Virus record (IMG/VR): IMGVR_UViG_3300015259_000003
Location: 1 to 42,517 of that record
DNA: 42,517 nt
Reading direction: 5' to 3' (one strand)
From: a virus
Lineage: Duplodnaviria; Caudoviricetes
The notes under the pieces are model-generated. The model worked only from the letters and a program-made list of their open reading frames with translations. It was not told where the DNA came from and made no database searches. This document shows positions 35,769 to 42,517 of this stretch, one piece after another (position 1 is the first letter of the stretch; each line of letters starts with the position of its first letter). A program made the translations under genes and the position numbers.

Positions 35769-36025
35769 TAGTCACCCACGGCTTGCAGTTCTGCCTTGTC
35801 GTAGATCAGTTTTCCACCCTTGAAGAAGTTTAGGTCAATGGCACAGCGTCTCAGATGGTTGCTGTTCATCGTCTTAGACTTGCCCTGCTGCACGTATAGT
35901 CTCTGCTGTTCAATAGTACGATGGAGCTCCCCGCCAGTGGCGACCCACCCTTCATCAACACAATAGTTGATAAGATGAGCCACATCCAGCAGGAAGTGCC
36001 ACTGCTCAAGAACCAAAGCGCTCAT
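35684..36025 (-). CDS. Endolysin, peptidase M15 (L-Ala-D-Glu peptidase-like)
   Basis: RTIEQQ...SNHLRRCAIDL...WGGNW...DVPHFE zinc-binding motifs. Confidence 0.9.
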   Translation of the reverse strand: MSALVLEQWHFLLDVAHLINYCVDEGWVATGGELHRTIEQQRLYVQQGKSKTMNSNHLRRCAIDLNFFKGGKLIYDKAELQAVGDYWESLNPKNSWGGNWTSFLDVPHFERRP

Positions 36026-36219
36026 TAGTCTGGGAAGTTTTGCTTGATAGATCTCGCGACGACGATAGCCAGACCTAGTGCCAGATTAATCTGGGTAAAT
36101 AGGTCAACACTAATGACGTCTTTCGCTACTGGTAAGAAAGCGTAGACAGCATCAAATACAGATAGCACCACGCCAAGCCAGAAGCTAGGCGTCCGGTGTA
36201 CTGTTGGGTTCAGTTCCAT
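36025..36219 (-). CDS. Putative holin, two TM segments
   Basis: Two hydrophobic helices ending VVARSIKQ, directly upstream of the endolysin. Confidence 0.7.
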   Translation of the reverse strand: MELNPTVHRTPSFWLGVVLSVFDAVYAFLPVAKDVISVDLFTQINLALGLAIVVARSIKQNFPD

Positions 36220-36364
36220 GTTTCACCCCTAATTGCAGTTTAGGATCATTCGCCTGGGTCTGTATTTTACAGATAACGGCGTTCACTTGAGACCATGGCG
36301 CGGTTGTCACTAGCCGCATAATGAGATCAAGTTCTTGTACTTCCAATTCAAGTTTAATATTCAT
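36185..36364 (-). CDS. Small protein after the tail fibre (possible fibre chaperone), 59 aa
   Basis: Translated by hand: MNIKLELEVQELDLIMRLVTTAPWSQVNAVICKIQTQAND...; GGAG RBS. Confidence 0.65.
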   Translation of the reverse strand: MNIKLELEVQELDLIMRLVTTAPWSQVNAVICKIQTQANDPKLQLGVKHGTEPNSTPDA

Positions 36365-36397
36365 AGTTTAGCTCCAATTAGGACCACTGATTTGCGC

Positions 36398-39300
36398 CTA
36401 CTGCACCAATGCCCGAATCTGAGGCTCTAAGTAAGCTTGATCAATATCGACGATGACCTTTGCCTTCGTGTAATTCCACCAAACGCCGGTAGCAGTTGTC
36501 AAAGCAGGATTAGCACCGTCATAGTGTGCAATCTTGATGTACGCCGGAAAGGTGTTGCTTGCGCAGTTTATTTCGAATGAATCGACAGCAACTACTCCGT
36601 CAATCCACACCTGGGTGCGACTCGTTGCACCTGAGATGTCAAGATGCCAGCGAATAACAATGTCGTGGAAGACATCAGGGGTAAAGAAAGCCCCGAGCTC
36701 AAAGTTGGTGTAGTTGGAGATTGAATCTCGAAGAATCTGGAACCGCAGAGCGAACCCTGCCCCACCCGACCTATACAGCGACATAGCCCATCCGCCGTCA
36801 GTCGCGCCGTGCAGGTTGGGGATGGCAAAGGCCGTATTGCTGTTATAGACGGCTGCGGAAACAATGCACTTGAAAGCCAACCAGCCCGTACTGAGGTTGC
36901 CAAAGGTGACAACCTCGCTCGTGCTAATGTCCATCCGGCGACCGTTAGAATCCGCTACGTCGGTATCTCGGATGGCATGGCGTATCGTCTGTACCCCACC
37001 AACGTTGACTTTCCCAAACCGGTGAACGACGCCGTTGACAGTATTTGTTATCAACCCTCCTCTGGTATAACCAGTAACGTCGGAGATACTTGAAATCAAC
37101 GGGAAATCTACAGCGTCATACTGGAGTCGCCCCGGTTGAGAAGCAAAAGGAATGCTTGCGTCGATAGACCAAGCGACTGGAATACTGGATGCCGCATTGA
37201 CAGTAATCTGGAACTGTGCAGTCGTTTGCGCCCCCAAAGCGTCTTGAATTGTAGCGGTTTCAGGAAATACGCCAGGATTGAGGAAGGTTCCACTGATGAT
37301 GAACGTGTTTACATTCATCTCCGGCAGGAAGGGGTTCACGCTCACGATCTGGTACGGCCCTTGCCCACCAGCCACACTAAAAACTGGTCCACTCGATCCT
37401 GCTTGCCCCTGGGTGAAGACGTTGTTGAAGATCAACACAGTCGCCGTCAATGGAGTAGGAGCTACGACAGTATACGCAATAGAGTCACTTGGATATTGAT
37501 CACCATTGATAGTAGCTAGCTCACGAACTTTCACCGAATGCCCAACAGGGCTCGTAGGAACAGGATAGACCGCAGTGGTCATCGTCTGAATAACTGCTTG
37601 ATCAGACTGACGAATAGCCTGCCAAACACGTGCTGATGGGGTTACTGGAGCTCCATCACTAGTCCAGGTAGCTGGAGTAATTGTGTATGTCGTTCCAGCT
37701 GCTAGTGTAGCAGACCCAGTGTAGGTAACAACGATTTGGCCATTAGCCCCGGAGCCAAACTGCGTAGAGATATTACGACCATCACCACCGCCACCCCCGC
37801 CGTACAGACCGCCGTCGCCGGCAGTCTGTTCGCCTGACCCACCACCACCACCACCACCTGATCCATGCGAAGCATCAATTTCCTGGCCTTGACCACCGAA
37901 ACCACCAGTATTTTCTGTGGCTGTCCACTTGCCAGCGCCACCACCACCACCACCGAACGTCGCGTCGGTGCCAGGGGCGTCCTGCGCCCCACCGGTGCCG
38001 TGACCGGTGCCGGCGAAGTTGTCACCGCCGTTGCCGCCGGCTGTCGCACCACCGACCGCGCCCGCAGTGCCGCCGCCTGAGCCACCACCCCCGCCAGCGC
38101 CGAAGTTAGCTCCAGTGCAAGAACCACCATTCTTACCATCACCATTAGGGCCAGCGGCTCCACCACCCCCGCCCCCGCCAGAATCACTTCCGCCAGTGGC
38201 ATTTCCACCCGCGCCGCCGCTAAACTTGATCGTGCCGATACCAGAAGCGGCAGCGCCGCCAGCGCCGCCCAGCGACGTGTTGAAGTCACCGCCGACGCCA
38301 CCCTTTGCCCCAACCTCGGACGCGGCAAGGCTCGCGCCGTCGAACCAGGTATCACCACCATTAGCGTAGGCGGTCGCACCCCCTGTACCGACTTGCATCG
38401 TCGCGCCGTTCGCGGCAGTGACATTCGCCTTACTAGAATAACCGCCGCCGCCACCACCCGGACCTTGGTTCAGCGCCGGCAAAGAATCACCGCCGGCAGC
38501 ACCAGCACCCCAGGTCTGGACAAGATCAGCAATTCCTGGCCAGTCAACAGGAGCTACGAATGATGCACCACTTGTAATAAAAATCTTCTGGTTAGCCGAC
38601 CCTGATCCAACTAGTGACGGGTCAGTAGGAGAAGCTATTACGGGTGCTCCAGCTACCGTCACGATATTGGAAAAGTACTCAATGGAAACCAGCCCCAAAC
38701 TGGAGCCAGAATTACCAGTACGAATCAACCCAACTTGCACCCCATTTCCAAGCTGAGCTATGTTAGTATTCGTAGACGTAGAAGATGAACGAACCCCACG
38801 CGCAAACCTCACTCCACCTATAACCTCGTACGCCTGATAACTATCAGACCCAGTAACATTCCATGTACCGGGAGCTGACGTCAGGGCCACATTAGTCTGT
38901 TGTGTTCCACTAGGCACTAGCGTCGGAGCAACGCTATTACTCGGCGTGACACCAGTGACGGCAGCAGTAGTAAGAACAGATGTCTTCGGATCACTACGCA
39001 CACCCGTGACATTATCAATTGCCACCTGTGTAATAGTTAAAAAGAACGTATTGTCTGACGCTGTTGGAATGTAGCTAAGCGAATTTGAGTTAGGAATGGC
39101 CGACGACGGCACACCCGGCTTAACTTTATTCCAAGTAAACTCATTAGTAACTGCATGCCCAGCGAACAGAGTAACTGAACTCGCTACAGCAACGACCTCA
39201 GTTCCAATTGTAGGAGTGACGTGCCCACTAGAAAACGTTGGCAGTGCATCTACTACTGGCTTGTTACTAGTGACCGAAAGCTGCTGCTTAATCGCAGTAA

Positions 39301-39508
39301 TTTCAGCCTCTACAGTAGCCCCCGTGGACACCATTATAACTTCAGACGCATTAGTCGTATCACCAGCCAGAACGTTCAATTGAGCCTGAAGGTCATTGAT
39401 GGCTAACTGAATAGCCGATAAACTAATAGCTGTGCTACCGCCAGTCGGTGGATTTTTGCCAATTGACGAGCCTATTGCGTCTTCAATTAATTCTATAGGA
39501 TTGCCCAT
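36398..39508 (-). CDS. Large tail fibre/receptor-binding protein: Ig-like domains, Gly-rich domain, C-terminal ConA/polysaccharide-lyase-like domain
   Basis: 1036 aa; N-terminal coiled coil, PSNSVAPTL-type Ig repeats, GGGGGG-rich segment, FHDIVIRW...QVWIDG...YIKIAHY tail. Confidence 0.75.
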   Translation of the reverse strand: MGNPIELIEDAIGSSIGKNPPTGGSTAISLSAIQLAINDLQAQLNVLAGDTTNASEVIMVSTGATVEAEITAIKQQLSVTSNKPVVDALPTFSSGHVTPTIGTEVVAVASSVTLFAGHAVTNEFTWNKVKPGVPSSAIPNSNSLSYIPTASDNTFFLTITQVAIDNVTGVRSDPKTSVLTTAAVTGVTPSNSVAPTLVPSGTQQTNVALTSAPGTWNVTGSDSYQAYEVIGGVRFARGVRSSSTSTNTNIAQLGNGVQVGLIRTGNSGSSLGLVSIEYFSNIVTVAGAPVIASPTDPSLVGSGSANQKIFITSGASFVAPVDWPGIADLVQTWGAGAAGGDSLPALNQGPGGGGGGYSSKANVTAANGATMQVGTGGATAYANGGDTWFDGASLAASEVGAKGGVGGDFNTSLGGAGGAAASGIGTIKFSGGAGGNATGGSDSGGGGGGGAAGPNGDGKNGGSCTGANFGAGGGGGSGGGTAGAVGGATAGGNGGDNFAGTGHGTGGAQDAPGTDATFGGGGGGAGKWTATENTGGFGGQGQEIDASHGSGGGGGGGSGEQTAGDGGLYGGGGGGDGRNISTQFGSGANGQIVVTYTGSATLAAGTTYTITPATWTSDGAPVTPSARVWQAIRQSDQAVIQTMTTAVYPVPTSPVGHSVKVRELATINGDQYPSDSIAYTVVAPTPLTATVLIFNNVFTQGQAGSSGPVFSVAGGQGPYQIVSVNPFLPEMNVNTFIISGTFLNPGVFPETATIQDALGAQTTAQFQITVNAASSIPVAWSIDASIPFASQPGRLQYDAVDFPLISSISDVTGYTRGGLITNTVNGVVHRFGKVNVGGVQTIRHAIRDTDVADSNGRRMDISTSEVVTFGNLSTGWLAFKCIVSAAVYNSNTAFAIPNLHGATDGGWAMSLYRSGGAGFALRFQILRDSISNYTNFELGAFFTPDVFHDIVIRWHLDISGATSRTQVWIDGVVAVDSFEINCASNTFPAYIKIAHYDGANPALTTATGVWWNYTKAKVIVDIDQAYLEPQIRALVQ

Positions 39509-39510
39509 GA

Positions 39511-39882
39511 TTACTCCTGGTCTTCTACACTAGTTCTCACGTCCACCGCACAAGCGGGTGCAGGGTGCTTCAGCTTGTGGCCTTTCAGGCAGGCGCAGTA
39601 GGAACTCACGCGCATGTAGCTAACGTAAGCCGCATCTATCGCGGCCTGTAGGTCGTCGGCACGCTCATGGAGCATCAATGCTGTGTAGTAATCAATGTTC
39701 CCTTGCATAGCTCCGGCCACGCCGCGCAGGGTTCTGATGCTAGCCTCAGCTTCCAACACCAACTTAGCATCTACACGACTAAGGGCCTTCGGCGGGCACG
39801 GGTCGCGCTTTGGCAGCGCCTCGGCACTGCTGAACGTTGCACACCCTGCTACCAGCAAGCAAACGAACAGCAGGAACTTCAT
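39511..39882 (-). CDS. Putative lipoprotein, 123 aa
   Basis: MKFLLFVCLLVAG|C lipobox; ATGA overlap at 39879-39882. Confidence 0.65.
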   Translation of the reverse strand: MKFLLFVCLLVAGCATFSSAEALPKRDPCPPKALSRVDAKLVLEAEASIRTLRGVAGAMQGNIDYYTALMLHERADDLQAAIDAAYVSYMRVSSYCACLKGHKLKHPAPACAVDVRTSVEDQE

Positions 39883-40106
39883 AGCTTTGACGGCGCTTCC
39901 TGCGTCCACAGAACAGGGTCTTCTTTACCATCTTCCCACAGCTTCATGATCTGCTGCATGTTCAGGCTGGCCGGGAATGTCTTGTGATGCCAGCCCTGCA
40001 CGCCAAGCGGACAGTCTCCATCGGCTTCGATTGCGATGTAGACCTGTGTCAGTTCGTCCTCGATCAGGAAGCGCATCTCGCGGTATGTCATCGAACACTT
40101 ACCCAT
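39879..40106 (-). CDS. Hypothetical protein, 75 aa
   Basis: AAGGAG RBS, overlaps neighbours. Confidence 0.6.
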   Translation of the reverse strand: MGKCSMTYREMRFLIEDELTQVYIAIEADGDCPLGVQGWHHKTFPASLNMQQIMKLWEDGKEDPVLWTQEAPSKL

Positions 40107-40284
40107 TCAAGTCTCCTTCGGTGTGGCGAACTGCCTTATCACGATACGTGGTAATGATTAGCAGCGCTGTGTAAACAATAGTCAGCAGACCAGCGACGAT
40201 ACCTACGACAGCGGCCCATTGCGACAGTGTCAGCGTACTGATTACGCCGACCCAAGCAACCAGAGCCTTCATAGTGTCGCTCAC
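40099..40284 (-). CDS. Putative holin-like membrane protein, 61 aa
   Basis: TLSQWAAVVGIVAGLLTIVY followed by a charged tail; GGGAG RBS. Confidence 0.6.
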   Translation of the reverse strand: MSDTMKALVAWVGVISTLTLSQWAAVVGIVAGLLTIVYTALLIITTYRDKAVRHTEGDLNG

Positions 40285-40619
40285 AAACTAGTCTCCCAAG
40301 ATAAATGGAAAACGGCCCCATGTGGCGCGGGAGCTCCTGACAAACGAAAGCCACCACCCAGGCTGAAACTTCCTACTACAGCTGGAACTATACCATGCCT
40401 GCGGTATCCTGTAACAGCAGCAGCAGTGACTGAAAATCGTCCGTACTGCCACGATTTGCCGACGTACATAGAGTTCCTGTCTTCACTGTTCCTGTACCCG
40501 CCTACAGTGTACCCTTTAGGACTAACTAAGTACACACCAGGATTGACATTATTCATGCCAGTCTGCCCTGGGTGGGCTGAAAGAAGATGAAGACCAAGAA
40601 CCCAACCTTCAAGCATCAC
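40281..40619 (-). CDS. Small beta-barrel-like protein resembling PagP-like outer-membrane proteins
   Basis: H...NNVNPG.Y...GGYRNS...SMYVG..W...VTGY alternating beta-strand pattern. Confidence 0.5.
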   Translation of the reverse strand: MMLEGWVLGLHLLSAHPGQTGMNNVNPGVYLVSPKGYTVGGYRNSEDRNSMYVGKSWQYGRFSVTAAAVTGYRRHGIVPAVVGSFSLGGGFRLSGAPAPHGAVFHLSWETSL

Positions 40620-41896
40620 AGCACCCGATAGGAAAAGTTAAACACGTGCGTCAATGCTGGGGAAGTGTACCCAGCTACGAATGTTAGAGTAGCCCTGTCG
40701 TTAGCTGCATCAGCTAAAATCCATCCTGGATTGGCAACCGCCGCTGATGCAAGCATACTTGTCCCAATCAACTGTTCAGCCGCAGTTAGTGCTGAAGCTA
40801 CCGGCAGCGAAATTCCCAATAATGTTCCAGCGGCAGCCGTAGGATCAATGTCAACAGCGCCAGACACATGAACCTCGTTCCCCACGCGCATCCAATGGCA
40901 TAGGTACGCAGTACTAGAATCTATATTCCCAACATTAAAGAGTGTCGGAGTATATGTACCAAATGTCACATTGTCACTATTAAATCCGCCACCGGCAACG
41001 ACGTTGTTTGTTAAATCAAGATCAGACGCAGTTACCGCTCCACTGAAGGCACCAGTCGAGGCGGTAAGACCAGCCATTAATACAGCGCCTGAGAAAGCAC
41101 CAGTGGTGGCCCCTGTGAAAGCCCCGCCTATTGCAAGCGACGTAATACCAGAAAGTGCCCCACTAAAAGTGACGTCTCCACTAGTAGCAACAGAAATCTT
41201 GTCAGATCCGCCGCTATCGTCACGAAGAGTCCAGTTTTGGCCGCTAACAGGCAAGCCAATTGACCATTGTCGTTGAGACTGTTGGACCATGACATAACGC
41301 GCCGCTACGCCATTGGCTGTATTTACTACTGGCGGTGTTGCCCCACCGAAAGTGACAAGCCCATTAAAGTCAGCTGCAACAGAAAACAAGCTATTCCACC
41401 GGCTAGCCGTGGAACCAAGATCATAGGAAGTAGTAGCACCGGGGAGAAAATGCCCCGCCGCGTCTAGTCTAGCCCGTTCTGCGCCGCCAGTAGACCACGC
41501 AAGGATGTCGGCCCCTGGGGACCACATACCCGTATTAAGATCACCAAGAAAAGAATATGCTGGAAGACTATTAGATCCTAGCGCTAACGCTATCCCGGAT
41601 GCAAACCTAGCTATATCAGCATTAAGAATACTAACACCAAGAACTCCCGCGCTAACACGATATAAGCCAGACGAAGGTTCAGCAGCGAATGATATACCTG
41701 GCAGTGCCTGTGTGCCAGAGAACAACTTCAGCGCCGCAAGCATGTCACCACGTCCAGACCTATCCAATGAGTCAGTAATCCCTTGTGCTACGTCTGTTAG
41801 TGTAGGATTAGCCCATGTATCTTGAATAACGGTCCCAGTAATTACGGGATTGATACCCGCAGGAACCGTGTAAACGCCTGCTCCAGAACGCGGCAT
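40616..41896 (-). CDS. Tail fibre/spike protein, 426 aa
   Basis: MPRSGAGVYTVP...WANPTLTDVAQGITDSLDRSG virion-anchoring N-terminus, PGISF...SGLY fibre repeats, GTYTPTL...RVGNEVHV tip. Confidence 0.8.
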   Translation of the reverse strand: MPRSGAGVYTVPAGINPVITGTVIQDTWANPTLTDVAQGITDSLDRSGRGDMLAALKLFSGTQALPGISFAAEPSSGLYRVSAGVLGVSILNADIARFASGIALALGSNSLPAYSFLGDLNTGMWSPGADILAWSTGGAERARLDAAGHFLPGATTSYDLGSTASRWNSLFSVAADFNGLVTFGGATPPVVNTANGVAARYVMVQQSQRQWSIGLPVSGQNWTLRDDSGGSDKISVATSGDVTFSGALSGITSLAIGGAFTGATTGAFSGAVLMAGLTASTGAFSGAVTASDLDLTNNVVAGGGFNSDNVTFGTYTPTLFNVGNIDSSTAYLCHWMRVGNEVHVSGAVDIDPTAAAGTLLGISLPVASALTAAEQLIGTSMLASAAVANPGWILADAANDRATLTFVAGYTSPALTHVFNFSYRVL

Positions 41897-42517
41897 TAGT
41901 CTTCTCCCGTAAATGATTGCCCGGCTCCGTACCCAAGATACGGAGCAGCTTTTCTAATTTGTTCAGCCAGTGCTCGCTGCGCCGCAGTTTCGCCGAACAT
42001 GAACTTAGCACCCTTGGCCGTCTGGCCAGCAAACGACAATCCGTAAAACGGAGCAAGAGCCATTCCAATTGGGTTACCAGCGACGGCAGCCCCTCCGGCC
42101 GCAGTAGCCCCCGCCATCTTCGCAAGTGGTAACATCGTACGACGCGCTGCCATAACAGCAGTACGCGCCTCTTCTTGAGTAGGGGTCAAACCCATCACAC
42201 GGTTTGCAGGTTCCAGCAATTCACGTTGCGTAGCGTTCTCAGCCGTGGCGAATCCTGGGCCTTTATACTCCCGTGTGACAGCTGCAACACTGGGATCAGT
42301 GTGAAACGCTGGCTTGTCAGCCGCTGCGCGAAACTTCAAAAAATCGCTGAACCGAGATTCTACATCACGCAATTGCTCGCGTTCAGCAACAGAGAGCGCA
42401 GGATCACGAATCATTTCATCAAACCTAGTGCGTGCCCGAGCGAGATTCTTATGCGCTTGCGCAGAAAGTTCTCCGCCCTTAGGATTGAAACTGGCAACAG
42501 CGTCGTCCAACAGACGC
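41896..42517 (-). CDS. Internal virion / DNA ejection protein, 3' part (begins at 1220)
   Basis: In frame with the ORF starting at 1220 across the circular junction. Confidence 0.85.
   Translation of the reverse strand, partial: RLLDDAVASFNPKGGELSAQAHKNLARARTRFDEMIRDPALSVAEREQLRDVESRFSDFLKFRAAADKPAFHTDPSVAAVTREYKGPGFATAENATQRELLEPANRVMGLTPTQEEARTAVMAARRTMLPLAKMAGATAAGGAAVAGNPIGMALAPFYGLSFAGQTAKGAKFMFGETAAQRALAEQIRKAAPYLGYGAGQSFTGED
42395..42517. repeat. Terminal direct repeat, right copy
   Basis: Identical to 1-123. Confidence 0.97.

Noticed and set aside
37702-38457. 251 aa alternative-frame ORF and the Pro-rich antisense ORF in the fibre gene
   Set aside because: By-products of Gly-codon runs (GGN) that suppress stops in other frames

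Overview
The window is a complete, circularly permuted dsDNA phage genome of 42,394 bp: bases 1-123 are repeated exactly at 42395-42517, and one ejection-protein gene reads through the junction. It looks like a lytic podovirus of a Gram-negative host, as I see no integrase, repressor, RNA polymerase, tail sheath or tape-measure gene. The minus strand carries the late genes: terS, terL, portal, a 4 kb accessory virion block, scaffold, major capsid, tail tubular proteins, ejection proteins, two tail fibres, holins and an M15 endolysin. The plus strand carries early and replication genes: DUF932, an SSB-like protein, PolA, a HAD phosphatase, a Cas4-like exonuclease, VRR-NUC and an SNF2 helicase. 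An oppositely oriented primase-helicase lies next to an iteron/hairpin region that is a likely origin. The most notable element is a compact thymidine-hypermodification cluster (31643-35436): a YuA/M6-type dUMP hydroxymethylase, a TET/JBP-associated (GREB1/JGT-like) glycosyltransferase, a standalone aG/PT-PPlase clade 1 helical protein and a DUF3310 protein. I find no recognisable P-loop hmU-DNA kinase or amino acid:DNA transferase, which suggests a sugar-modified hydroxymethyluracil (base J-like) pathway. The cluster is preceded by a long intergenic stem-loop and a histone-H1-like putative DNA-binding protein. All family calls come from motif recognition by eye; no database search was run.
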